Notes under the pieces: generated by a model | Seen by the model: the letters and a program-made list of their open reading frames with translations, nothing else | What the model was told of the DNA's origin: nothing | Database searches by the model: none | NCBI GenBank assembly: GCA_002269645.1 | Contig: NIVC01001985.1 | Span: 36,517 to 100,516 of the forward strand | Source: Macrostomum lignano | Lineage: Eukaryota | Direction of reading: 5' to 3' | Length of the DNA stretch: 64,000 nt | Translations under genes and position numbers: made by a program | Part shown: one piece after another, positions 23,086-36,073 of the stretch | Layout: every line of letters starts with the position of its first letter | Numbering within the stretch: position 1 is the stretch's first letter

Positions 23086-23547
23086 AAACGCTGAATTGAT
23101 GCAGAAATGCTCATAGTCCTATTTTATTGTTATAAATTGCTTTTTATTATATTTTTCAAACATTGTTTGCTTTTAAGCTACTCTACTGTGCATGTATACG
23201 ACAGCGTAAAAACTGTTTTCACGGCTGCTTTCTGCTACGAGAAAGTAATCTGATACTAACGCATGTATACTCGTATTCCCGCCTCACCACACTATTTATT
23301 CTAGTTTAGATTGAACAGCCTACTCTAGTGAAAATATTGTAGCATTTGATACAAGTAGACCTTGTATTGTACTTATATTCGTATTGTATTTATATTCGTA
23401 TTGTACTTGACTATTTATGTAAACTGACTCTGTGGCCTGCTGCAATTTTTTCCAGTCCAGTTTTGTACTGTACTTACTGTACTGCACTGTAAGTTTGTCA
23501 TAGAGAAGCTGGATTCCAACTAAATAACATTCTCCTAGCGTCGGCTG

Positions 23548-23990
23548 CAGTGAGTGGCTGCAATGTCTCTCTACCCCCAAGACAGGTCCGCACCAGATGG
23601 GGTGGTGGGTGTTGGCCCAGTGAGTGGCTGCAATGTCCCTCTACCCAAGACAGGTCCGCACCAGATGGGGTGGTGGGTGTTGGCCCAGTGAGTGGCTGCA
23701 ATGTTCCTCTACCCCTAAGACAGGTCCGCACCAGATGGGGTGGTGGGTGTTGGCCCAGTGAGTGGCTGCAATGTCTCTCTACCCCTAAGACAGGTCCGCA
23801 CTAGATGGGGTGGTGGGTGTTGGCCCAGTGAGTGGCTGCAATGTCTCTCTACCCCTAAGACAGGTCCGCACCAGATGGGGTGGTGGGTGTTGGCCCAGTG
23901 AGTGGCTGCAATGTCTCTCTACCCCTAAGACTGGTCCGCACCAGATGGGATGGTGGGTGTTGGCCCAGTGAGTCTTTACCCCTAAGACAA
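23548..23990. repeat. 70-bp tandem repeat, 6 full copies plus a partial
   Basis: CAGTGAGTGG starts at 23548, 23618, 23686, 23756, 23826, 23896 and 23966, with no spacers. Confidence 0.95.
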
Positions 23991-24554
23991 CTCCGCACCA
24001 GGTCACTAGGGCGCCTCTGTATAAATTTTTATCAGTATATATATTATTTTTTACCTAGCTGGGATGCATAATGGATGTTTTGTCATTTTATGGACTCCAC
24101 TGCAGATTATTTTCCCCGCTGCCCGACCAGTACAAGATTTTCTAGCCAGCGCCTAATTGAATTTTGCTTTCTCTCTCTATTAGACTCCAATCCGTTGAGA
24201 GATCAAAGCTGAATAAAAATGATTTTAGAGCAACAGCCTACAGCCGGATGGCTGTTGACTTCGAATTAAAAAGTACATCCAGTTCATGCACTTTTGTCCT
24301 CGATCCATCTTCATTTTATACCTCGTTGATTTTAAAAGGAGAAAACGGCTCAAAGCAAAGATTGCAAATTGCTTGGAAAATACGGGACTCAATCGCGGCG
24401 TCTACTCGATGAAACAATAAAATGCCGTTTGGCTTAGCATGTTTACGGGTACCGCTCTCACAAGGTTAGTCTAAACAAGGTTAGTCCCTGCTAGCAATCG
24501 CTGTGATTGTGCATGAGATTCAGCCTCACCTGAAAAAAGAATCCGGCGAGTCAG

Positions 24555-24795
24555 TGAACCAGTGAATCCATGCAGTGAACCATGCATGGATTCAGTGAAC
24601 AAGTGAACCAGTGAACTAGTGAACTCTCAGTGTGCCAGTGAACCAGTAAACCGGTGAATCAGTAAACCGGTGAACTAGTAAACCAGTGAACTAGAGAACC
24701 AATGAACCAATCAACCGGTGAACCGGAGAACTGGTAAACTACTGAACCAGTGAAACGGTGAACTAGTAAAACTAGTAAACCGGTGAACCGCGGTG
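24555..24795. repeat. Degenerate 8-9-bp repeat (AGTGAACC / GGTGAACT)
   Basis: Visible short-period array. Confidence 0.8.
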
Positions 24796-25097
24796 AAAAC
24801 AAACCAGGCAATGCTTTTCAGTATCATCAGCTGTTTCTCAGAGTGTAATTTGTTTTTTCGAGTACCATAAGACACAATTTTCTTAAACGTATGAAAACTG
24901 ATTGAGGCAAGCAGAAATTTACAGATTATAAAGATTGGAACTTAGAAAAAGATAAAAAACAAACCTTAAACCGTTAAAAAACTAACTACGAGCTACACAC
25001 GGTGAATTTTCGAGTCAATTCGTTACGACGATTGAAGATCAGCTAATTTTGTGGCAGCTAAATCGCAAAAAAGTTTTGGATTAAACTTTTTAAAAAT

Positions 25098-25685
25098 CAC
25101 TCTCCAACACACTCCATCACTTCCCAACACACTCAATCACTCACCAACACACTCAATCACTCACCAACGCACTCAATCATTCACCAACACACTCAATCAC
25201 TCACCAACACACTCAATCATTCACCAACACACTCAATCAACACACCAACGCACTCAATCACTCACCAACGCACTCAATCACTCACCAACACACTCAATCA
25301 TTCACCAACACACTCAATCAACACACCAACGCACTCAATCACTCACCAACACACTCAATCACTCACCAACGCACTCAATCACTCACCAACGCACTCCTTC
25401 ACTCACCAACGCACTCCTTCACTCACCAACGCACTCAATCACTCACCAACACACTCCATCACTTCCCAACACACTCAATCACTCACCAACACACTCAATC
25501 ACTCACCAACGCACTCAATCACTCACCAACACACTCAATCACTCACCAACACACTCAATCAACACACCAACGCACTCAATCACTCACCAACACACTCAAT
25601 CACTCACCAACGCACTCAATCACTCACCAACACACTCAATCACTCACCAACACACTCAATCACTCACCAACACACTCCATCACTT
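25098..25685. repeat. 20-bp minisatellite (ACTCAATCACTCACCAACAC)
   Basis: About 29 copies just downstream of the transporter gene. Accounts for ORF 25051..25698. Confidence 0.93.
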
Positions 25686-25735
25686 CCCTGATGACTAGTC
25701 CAAGCATCTTTTCAAATAACGACCCAAAACTAAGT

Positions 25736-25867
25736 CTACGGCTCGATCTCAATCTCTAGGGGATCGCTGGAGCCGCGCGTCGCCAGATGGGACACTGAGG
25801 ACGAATCCGACAGGTCGCTGAAATCCTCCCCGAAGTCGGAGACGCGTCGGCTCGAGTCGTCGTTTGA

Positions 25868-25906
<39 letters not shown>

Positions 25907-28228
25907 GCCGTTAGCTGTTCCGCCAGCGCCGCCAAGATCTGAGCCGGAGTTCAGGCGAAGCTTCGGGACCTTGAAGCCGGCGCCCGTGCCCGCAGCCTTG
26001 GAACCGGCGCCGCCCGTCAACTGCGCTGTCGCATCCGCCGCCACACCCTCCTTGACGACTGCCTCGCCAGCCGGTTGACGCGGCTGACTTCGACTTCGAC
26101 AAAGCCGACGACAAGCGTCAGCGCCGGCTGCTCCGGCGGCGTAAAGTCGATCGACAATTCGGCTGCCTGCGCACAGCTGCTCGGCCTCCTCCAGGCTGTC
26201 CGGCGGCCGGCTCTGCCGCGTCTCCGGCAGGAACAGCGCCAGGCAGCAGCCGGCCGTGGCCAGGAGGCCACACAGCAGCGGCGGCAGCGGCCGCCAGACT
26301 CCGGCCAGGAGGCCCAGCTGAGCGGCGACTACGCCGCCGACTCTGGCGGAGGTCGAAGCGACGCCGACGCAGGAGTTCCTGGCCGGCGTCGGGAAAGCTT
26401 CGCTGGCGTGCAGCCAGGCCGCCTCAAAGGCCAGCAGGAGGCCGAACCGGCCGAACAGCGCCGCGGCCAGCCGACCGGCGAACCCGGGCGCGCCGGCCGC
26501 TAGCGCAAGCAGCGCCACAGCGCCGACTCCGTTGGCGGCCAGAAGCAGCGATACCCGGCCGCAGCAGCCGCCCGCTGCCATGCCGGTCAGACGGGCGACC
26601 ACCTCGGCTCCGGCGGCCATCGCCGCACCAGCGAAAGCGCCGGTTTCGCCTCCGCCACCACTGCGCTGGACGAGCAGGTCGGACCAGCCGAGCGCCAGGC
26701 CGTAGTAGCCGGCGCTGACCAAGGCGAAGGTGCACCAGACCGTCAGGGCCAGCTGGCGCAGCGGCGGTCGGCGCAGCAGGCTGAGCAGCGGCAGCGCTGC
26801 CGTGGCGTTAGCTGGAGACTTTTGCTTCGGCGCTGTCTGTTCGCTCTGTTCTGCAGGCTGATTCGGTTCGTCTGGGGCTGTCAGGCTTCTGAAAATTGGA
26901 AAAGCCAGATTGCCATAACTTTTGTTGTCATTAAAAGAGCCTATCATTATACAATAAGACGCAATTATGAATTGATATGACTCTTGAGGAGTGGATAGAA
27001 TGGACGAGGCTGAAAGACCCGAAAAGAGACGAGAAAGGTAAACTTGAGTAGAGTAGAGTATAATAGTAGAGTAGAGTAGAGTAGTTCGTCTAAAGAAAAA
27101 TTTGAGTAGAGTAGCGTAGAGTAGATTAGGTTAGAGTAGAATAGAGTAGTGTACAGTACAGTAGAGTAGATAAGAAACTTATGGGGAGCAATAATAAAAC
27201 TTATTTAACGCTTCAGACCCCGCTCCCCAACCTGGCTGCGAGCGGCTGCTCGGACTGTTCCACCTGTTGCTCCTCTTGCCGCTGTACCGGGCGCTGTTCC
27301 AACAGGCGCTGCAGCCGGCCGGCCGACCGGTTGACGCGGGCGATCCGGCGCAGTGCCGCCTCGGCGGCTGCTGCCCGACCGCGCATCAGCAGCCAGCGCG
27401 GCGACTCGGCGGCGAACAGCCACGCGGGGGGCAGCAGCAGCAGCGCAGGTGCCGACGCCAGAAGCTCCGTGGTTCGCCAGTCGCGAGTCCACATGGCCGC
27501 CCCGGCCAGGGCGAGAAGGCCCAGACTCCAGCCATTCTTCATCAGCAGGCTGAGCAGAAACCGGTCGCCATTGTGCAGAGTCTCGGCGTGCCAGGTGTAG
27601 CTGACGCTGAGCAGGCCGGCCGAGGCGAAGCCGGCCAGGCAGCGGAGGGCGGCGTAGGTGATGACGTCCTTGGAGACTGCGCCCACCGAGCCTGCGACGG
27701 CGAGGTTCGCGCAGGCCGCGGCGAAGGCGCCCCGGCGGCCGCACCGGTCCGACAGCAGGCCGTAGCAGGTGCTGCCGGCCAGAAAGCCGAGCATAAACAT
27801 CACCTTGACAACCGTTGCTAGGTAGTCTCGGTCGCACACGAGCTGAAATGTTTCTAGCGCCGTTTCTGTCATCTGACGATCGCTAAAGACCAACCGTTGG
27901 CAACTTGTGCCAGTCCAGTTTGCTGTGCAGGCGTCCATGACTCCAGCAGTGAAGTTGTAAGCCATTGCTGCACCGGAGCTATTCCGGATATCCGGGTCAT
28001 CAGCAGCCGCTGACGCGCACACGAACGGCCTGCGCAGTAAAGTGAAGTTGACTGACAGGGTCTGCATAGCCGGCAGGGCCGCCGCCAGCGCCATCAGGCA
28101 GAGAAAGCCGGCCTGGTAGGCGCGGCGACGGCCCACGGCTTCTAGGAGCTCCTCGCATGTTGGCGGCCGCTGCGGCTGCTGCTGGGCAGGCGGCTCAGCC
28201 AGTTTGAAGTTCGTATGGCAAAGCAGCT
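25736..28228 (-). CDS. SLC22-type organic cation transporter (MFS); exons 28228-27232 and 26888-25736; start exon unresolved
   Basis: Motifs FQLVCDRDY, MLGFLAGS...LSDRCGRR, LRCLAG, AESPRWLL, GRFG...F...W(LH)ASEAFPTPARN and LPETR are SLC22 hallmarks. A phase-2 GT-AG intron (27231-26889) joins ORFs 27213..28136 and 25736..26947. No in-frame ATG lies upstream of 28228; a possible micro-exon ATG GCG CCA CGA CTA G at 28608-28593 is phase-compatible but speculative. Confidence 0.88.
27045..27170. repeat. (AGAGT)n degenerate microsatellite in the transporter intron
   Basis: Directly visible. Confidence 0.85.
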
Positions 28229-28959
28229 CTGCAGAATATCCGGTAGCTCACTCTGACCTGGATGACCTTCCAGTCCGAATCCCCAATTGCCCTGGAGATA
28301 TAGCTAGGGCTTGGGACAAGAACGGGTGGGCTATGCGATCTGCTCCACTTATCACCCTGACCAATCAGCGCGGACTCAAATTCGTGAGGAGCAAAGGGTG
28401 AGTTGGATTTTCATAGCCTTCAACTACTTGGCAAATGTGCCTCCTATATAGCATAGAGAGGAGCCTGGAATCGCCTGGGAGACAACGGAGACGGCCGGCA
28501 CATGGGCAGCGTGTCAGTGCGTCCCCCCCCAATATTCTTCTAGTGGCTCCCGTTTCCCGCTCCTATCCGCTCTTCAGAGAGCTTTTCCGCACCTAGTCGT
28601 GGCGCCATCCTCCCCTCCTCGCAGCCCGGCAACTGGACTGCATGGGGCTGAATTTTATTCTAAGCCATTGTTTCCTCTGGACTAGAGAGAGGAGAGAGAA
28701 ATTGCCATTCTGCCCTTGTCCTGCCCGGCTCACAGCTGCTTATAACTAGCAAGATGCCATTTTCCTCTCGGGGGCTGCTGAAGAAGAAAAAAGCCCCGCC
28801 TGCTTGTCATAATTAGATTGCAGCGACTTCGGAATTTCAAATAAAGCAATCATGTCTTTTGACCGAGATGGATGATCCAAGTTCTCTATGTACATCGTAC
28901 AGTTTAAATACAGAGCCATGTTTCACCATAGACAAAACAGCGTCTAGAAAAATTGCGCT

Positions 28960-29640
28960 AAAGAACTTAGAACGCAATAGGGGGGTTGGCCATTACCATG
29001 TTTTCTCACTTCCAGGTAACTTCATTGGTCACTTTGTTCATCAGGATCAAATTCCCCTCCCCATCAGGAGTGGGAAGGGGGAATGGGGGTGTGGGGGCGA
29101 AGCCCCCTACTTACAACCATAGACTTTTATTTTACGCTCATAGACTGGTTCGTTTTCTAGAATGATATCCCGGTAAATTGCTTTATTGTTAATTTCAAAC
29201 AATGACTGGTCATTGCTTGAATGTCATTGCCTTAACGTAAATTACCATAGAAATTTTGAACAATGGATAAATAATCAGCGGTTCCAGTGTGTGATAACGA
29301 TTGTCTGGCAAGCGCCTTCTTGACAAACAAAGACAATAATATCTTGATAACCATATGCATCAATATTGAAAAAACCACACGCTTGCTCCATCTGGAATTC
29401 ACTAGTCCAGAAGGTGAGATATTGGAAATTCTGTACTTTAAAAAAGCGAAAAACTTGCCATCTTGCTAAAAATGCATTTCGCAGGAAATTTTCTGATCGA
29501 GAGGAGTAAGTTTCATTAAAATCCGTTGAATCGTTTTTCTGAAATCAATTACATAGCCACCTACCTACCTGGATACGGACAAACCATTTTAGTATAGTGG
29601 ACTAGCAATCTGCCCCCCGCTGGGGAGGCAACAAACAGAA
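28960..29640. mobile_element. Possible Helitron/Helentron-type non-autonomous element
   Basis: Contains AAGTTTCATTAAAATCCGTTGAATCG...(ACCT)n...CTAG followed by a GC hairpin TGCCCCCCGCTGGGGAGGCA and an A-rich tail, an architecture reminiscent of such elements. Boundaries are uncertain. Confidence 0.3.
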
Positions 29641-30772
29641 AAGTAAAAATTTTTGAATAAACTACATGTAGCTTTTAACCCACATGAGTCACAGCATTTC
29701 AGAAAACCCCCATGAGCCTTGACCTCTCAGTAATTCCCACATGATTACAGCATTCATTAGATAACAACACTGAGGACTTGTTCACACTGCCATCAAGTGA
29801 GCAATCAAATCGCATGACTGATGTACAAAGTGACGAAAAATCCGTGATGAGAAACATAAACACAGGAAAAAAATCACACACAGTCTCCAATCTTCAATCG
29901 GTGCATTTTCAAAATTTAAATTGGTCAACTTGCAAATTTAGCTTTTATATACTTTTATATTTTATATACTTTTATACTTTTATATACTATACTTGCAAAA
30001 TTTAAGTCCACAATCAGGTAAGAAATTGTTAATTTAGTGCTGTCCTGCTTGACTGGGCTTCGATCAGCCGACGTACCAGCAGATAGATAGGCTTCTCCAC
30101 GGCAAGCACTGTTTGATCAGCGTGTGAGAAGGAATTTTATCCAGAAACTTTTGTAGCCAATGGAAACGTGAAGGGTTGAACAAAAGCGCCCCCGAGGCAG
30201 ATTTAACTAGTAAAAGTCTTCGTCAAGCATTTACACTCATTTACAGGGGGTTGGACCCCCAAAGTTCATGGAAATTTTAAGAAACAAACACAAAAACAAA
30301 AATTTTTTAATATTAAAAAAGATTTTTCATCCGTAATTCGCATTTGTCTGTGACTCTTGTCAAGCAGGTTGCCCTGCAGGAATCAGTCGGTAGCAGGTAT
30401 AGTGAAAATTGTCTGAGCTTGAAACAAATTAAGGGGGGAAAGCAAAAAAGCGTTGTACTGCAACAAGTATTGAAAGGCGGGGGTTCACAGCGGGGGCCAG
30501 TCTAAGGGAAGCAGCAGTTCCCTCTGTGATGGCCAGACACTTTGCCCCAATCAATGCAGTAAAAGAACAAAGAATTTTCTGGGCGACTCTTCATAATTCA
30601 CGCAATTCTTTAGACTACTATGTACTTGAATACATGCGCGTGTGACTCTGGCTTTGTCCATGGACCTCTGAGCCTCTGGGAATGGCAGCGAGTTGGGAAA
30701 AATGTCTGACTGGATTTTGCGGAAAGTACATGGCTGTTGGTTTTTTTAGCCAACCGCCAGTACAAGTCAAGC

Positions 30773-31359
<587 letters not shown>

Positions 31360-31426
31360 GTAGCATTTGAGATTTTCTCTGCCTCGCTGCCGGTCCCCAG
31401 CAGGTTAGGGTGCGCAGCCACACCGC

Positions 31427-31813
31427 TCAGTCGAAGCAGTCCCGCAGACAGTGCAGGTAATCGTGGTACAGGTTGAACCAGCCCAGGGTGCTGTCACCGG
31501 ACTCGCGGACCGTGCCACCCGTCCGCTGGCTCGAGTAGTACTCGCGGAACCGGCGCATGTTGTCGCGCATCTCGGCGGTCAGCTCGGCCCGATGCCTGTC
31601 CTGCATTCGCTTGACATAGTTGCTGACAAGAAACGGCCGCAGCTCGGCGTCGGGACCGACAAACACGCGACGCGAGCCCGAGTGAAACCGGAAGGTGCAC
31701 CATTGGCGGCAGCGGATGTCGGACAGGCTGTTGATGTGATTGGCTGGCCAGCTGGCCCGAGCGCCTCCGATTGCAAGGATTAGCGATAGGCTTAGCAACG
31801 GGATCAGCCGCAT
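31427..31813 (-). CDS. Orphan secreted protein or peptide precursor, 128 aa, twin CxxxC
   Basis: Hydrophobic signal peptide MRLIPLLSLSLILAIGGARA, Cys at 35/39 and 122/126, dibasic sites R48R49, K68R69 and R87R88. GC-rich coding-like codon use. TTGTCTTCAG acceptor about 37 nt upstream of the ATG. Confidence 0.75.
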   Translation of the reverse strand: MRLIPLLSLSLILAIGGARASWPANHINSLSDIRCRQWCTFRFHSGSRRVFVGPDAELRPFLVSNYVKRMQDRHRAELTAEMRDNMRRFREYYSSQRTGGTVRESGDSTLGWFNLYHDYLHCLRDCFD

Positions 31814-32744
31814 GTCTTTCGGGGCTTCTCAACACTTGACTTTGACAGAACTGAAGACAAGGCAAGCGGGAGCAGAGCGGGCGGCGGGTCTCAGCTTGTG
31901 CAAACAGCCTGTGGCGCTGCGGGTTTTACCGAGGGCACGGCGTGTGGGTGAGGACTGAGCGGCCAGCTACTCAGCTCACACGGGGTGCTGATAAACTGCT
32001 GTGGGGAACTCGATAAGACTTCAGTAACCTGAATGACCGCCACCCCGGTGGGTGGGGGGGGGGCAGAACTCTGCTTTAGAGGCCAAAGGTGACACTGGAT
32101 AATTGTGTGCACTTGTGTGAAGCAACGGAAATCTTGCCTACTGCAATTTTCCTGATAGTTTTTCTTTGTACTTCTTGAGTTCTTTCTCAGTGCCGATATC
32201 AAAACAGAAGCGCTATTATTCTCTGTTGCTTCTCAGAGTTTCCGGCTCTTGTGAAATCGGTTTGATTTATCAGAGCGCTTTTTACCTCTTCTTTCCTGCT
32301 GTTTCAGGCCCTGCGCATGTACTCGAGTTGATTCTGCCCGATAGAGGCAGAGTCCTGAGCAGCAAAGCAGATTTCTCACAAGCTGCACACGCTAGCGGCA
32401 ACTTCATGGACAAATAAGGTTTCTAGATTAGATAGCTGGAGCAATCTGAATAGATGCCTTGAGCACCACCTAGCATGTTGTATTGAGATCAGGAGCCGCT
32501 GCCGTCTAGGTTAACAAGTGTGAAAGAAGTGTTCTTGCATTGGAGCTCAATTATTAACGAAGGGACGACTTGGAGTAGCAGAAGGACGAAACATTTCGTT
32601 TCTAAGAAACTGTTTACAAATTAGCTTCTCACGAAAAATGCTTCTATAGGTCTTTATTGGAAACACAGAGTAAATGATCATCTATTAATATTTTACATAA
32701 ATTGTCTGTTTTATTGCTTTATTGATTTTTTCCGCCTCGATCAT

Positions 32745-34670
32745 CTAACCCCATCTAGCCCCATCAACCTCATTTATCACCATCTAGCCCCATCTAGCCC
32801 CATCAACCTCATTTATCACCATCTAGCCCCATCTAGCCCCATCTAACCCCATCTAGCCCCATCAACCCCATTTATCACCATCTAGCCCCATCTAGCCCCA
32901 TCAACCCCATTTATCACCATCTAGCCCCATCTAGCCCCATCAACCTCATTTATCACCATCTAGCCCCATTTAGCCCCATCCACCCCATTTATCACCATCT
33001 AACCCCATCTAGCCCCATCAACCCCATTTATCACCATCTAGCCTCATCTAGCCCCATCTAGCCTCATCTAGCACCATCTAGCCCCATCTATCTCCATCTA
33101 GCCCCATTTATCCCCATTTAGCACCATCTAACCCCATATAGCCCCATCAACCCCATTTATCACAATCTAGCCCCATTTAGCCCCATCCACCCCATTTATC
33201 ACCATCTAGCCCCATCTAGCCCCATCAACCCCATTTATCACCATCTAGCCTCATCTAGCCCCATCTAGCCTCATCTAGCACCATCTAGCCCCATCTATCT
33301 CCATCTAGCCCCATTTATCCCCATTTAGCACCATCTAACCCCATCTAGCCCCATCAACCCCATTTATCACAATCTAGCCCCATTTAGCCCCATCCACCCC
33401 ATTTATCACCATCTAGCCCCATCTAGCCCCATCAACCCCATTTATCACCATCTAGCCTCATCTAGCCCCATCTAGCCTCATCTAGCACCATCTAGCCCCA
33501 TCTATCTCCATCTAGCCCCATTTATCCCCATTTAGCACCATCTAACCCCATTTAGCCCCATCAACCCCATTTATCACAATCTAGACCCATTTAGCCCCAT
33601 CCACCCCATTTATCACCATCGAGCCCCATCTAGCCCCATCAACCCCATTTATCACCATCTAGCCTCATCTAGCCCCATCTAGCCTCATCTAGCACCATCT
33701 AGCCCCATCTATCTCCATCTAGCCCCATTTATCCCCATTTAGCACCATCTAACCCCATATAGCCCCATCAACCCCATTTATCACAATCTAGCCCCATTTA
33801 GCCCCATCCACCCCATTTATCACCATCTAGCCCCATCTAGCCCCATCAACCCCATTTATCACCATCTAGCCTCATCTAGCCCCATCTAGCCTCATCTAGC
33901 ACCATCTAGCCCCATCTATCTCCATCTAGCCCCATTTATCCCCATTTAGCACCATCTAACCCCATCTAGCCCCATCAACCCCATTTATCACAATCTAGCC
34001 CCATTTAGCCCCATCCACCCCATTTATCACCATCTAGCCCCATCTAGCCCCATCAACCCCATTTATCACCATCTAGCCTCATCTAGCCCCATCTAGCCTC
34101 ATCTAGCACCATCTAGCCCCATCTATCTCCATCTAGCCCCATTTATCCCCATTTAGCACCATCTAACCCCATTTAGCCCCATCAACCCCATTTATCACAA
34201 TCTAGCCCCATTTAGCCCCATCCACCCCATTTATCACCATCGAGCCCCATCTAGCCCCATCAACCCCATTTATCACCATCTAGCCTCATCTAGCCCCATC
34301 TAGCCTCATCTAGCACCATCTAGCCCCATCTATCTCCATCTAGCCCCATTTATCCCCATTTAGCACCATCTAACCCCATCTAGCCCCATCAACCCCATTT
34401 ATCACCATCTAGCCTCATCTAGCCCCATCTAGCCTCATCTAGCACCATCTAGCCCCATCTATCTCCATCTAGCCCCATTTATCCCTATCTAGTCCCATCA
34501 ACCCTATTTATCACTATCTAGCCCCATCTAGCCTCATCTAGCCCCATCTAACCCCATCTAGCCCCATCTATCCCCATTTAGCCCCATCTAGCCCCATCTA
34601 GACCCATCTAGCCCCATCTAGCCCCATCTAGACCCATCTAGCCCCATCTAACCTCATCTAACCTCATCTA
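32745..34670. repeat. 10-bp satellite (ATCTAGCCCC) organised in 207-bp and 621-bp higher-order repeats
   Basis: TCTCC marker at 33091, 33298, 33505, 33712, 33919, 34126 and 34333 (period 207). Rare variants recur at a spacing of 621. Confidence 0.95.
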
Positions 34671-34674
34671 GTTT

Positions 34675-34995
34675 GTCATTGTGTCAGTGTCTGTCTGTCA
34701 GTGTCGTCTGTCATTTGATTACAGTGTCTGTCAGTGTCTGTCAGTGTCTATCAGTGTCTGTCAGTGTCTATCAGTGTCTGTCAGTGTCTGTCAGTGTCTG
34801 TCATTATCTGTCAGTGTCTATCAGTGTCTGTCAGTGTCTGTCAGTGTCTGTCAGTGTCTGTCAGTGTCTGCCAGTGTCTGTCAGTGTCTGTCAGTGTCTG
34901 TCAGTGTCTGTCAGTGTCTGCTAGTGTCTGTCAGTGTCTGTCAGTGTCTGCCAGTGTCTGCCAGTGTCTGTCAGTGTCTGTCAGTGCTTTCTGTC
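34675..34995. repeat. 10-bp repeat (TCAGTGTCTG)n
   Basis: About 30 copies directly abutting the previous satellite. Confidence 0.95.
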
Positions 34996-36073
34996 TAGCT
35001 CAGAAGTCTCACGGTTCAGTGGGCTCCAGCTGATTCTTTCAATCTTCTGTTATCGTCTTCCCCAAACGTGAATAACAGAACAAGCTCAGCTACAAAAACT
35101 GAACCCGAAAATGCTTTTGACCTCGAAATCTGCAGACGCCTCACGGGGTGATTGACAGCCAGATAGCAGGTGAAAAATTATCAAGAATCGACGCAGTTCC
35201 AGTTCGAATTCGAGATAAAAATGGTTCACTTTTAACAAATATTAACATGCAAAGTTATGTAATACGAAGTCATATTATTCAACATTTTACATACAGAGGA
35301 GAACAGAAATTATTATAACTGAAATTTGCGTTTCTCAAGAAATCAACTACTTTTAGTAGAAGCTTCGGATATCTTCAGCTAATTTTATTGGTCGCCAATA
35401 TTGAGCGTAGTTTTAATCGAATCGTAGTAGTACAATAATTATAGTCTCGCTTTGCTCATTTCTCGTTAGCTCGTTCTCTTCCTCTCGCACGCCCCTTGCA
35501 ACACACACACACGCACACTGGCAGTTCTCTCCCTCCTTTCATTTCTGATAAAAACCATAGCAGTGGTTGTCGGGTACTCGCAGCAGACCCCCCCGCACTC
35601 CACCGGCCCACCTGTACGATATTGACGCCTATATCTATCCTCTCCCACACTACCCACAGTACTCAGCCACCCTCCCTGCAGCAATAGTGAAATTTCTACA
35701 CATTTTCAAAAGCCAAGCTGCAGAGCAGGCAGAGAGACAGGGGAGGCAGGGGGGCAGATGAGCATTTTTTAACAAAGCAGAGATGCACAAGCAAGGAAGA
35801 AATTTCAGTGCAACATCAGGAGTGCCTCAGCCTTCTCCTCCTTCCCAGCTCAACCCTCTCTCCCAGTCGCCGTGAGCACAAGCCAGTCCAGCCCACCCCC
35901 ACCACCAGCCCGCTATCTCGTACTCTTCTTTTGAGCAAATCTTTAAGCAATTTTGGTTGCCAAGGGCCTCCCCACACCTTTCCAAGGCTCACAAAACACA
36001 GGGCGAGAGAGAGAGAGGGAGAGACGGGCAGACAGACGACACAGACAAGACGCTCTCGAGCCTGTCGTGTACC

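Noticed and set aside
23548-23990. Regular 70-bp repeats suggesting a CRISPR array
   Set aside because: Units are contiguous and nearly identical along their whole length, with no unique spacers and no cas genes; the context is eukaryotic.
35957-36073. N-terminal extension of the ankyrin gene from the TTG at 35957
   Set aside because: Non-ATG start crossing a (GA)n tract; the first ATG (ACCATGG context) is at 36074.
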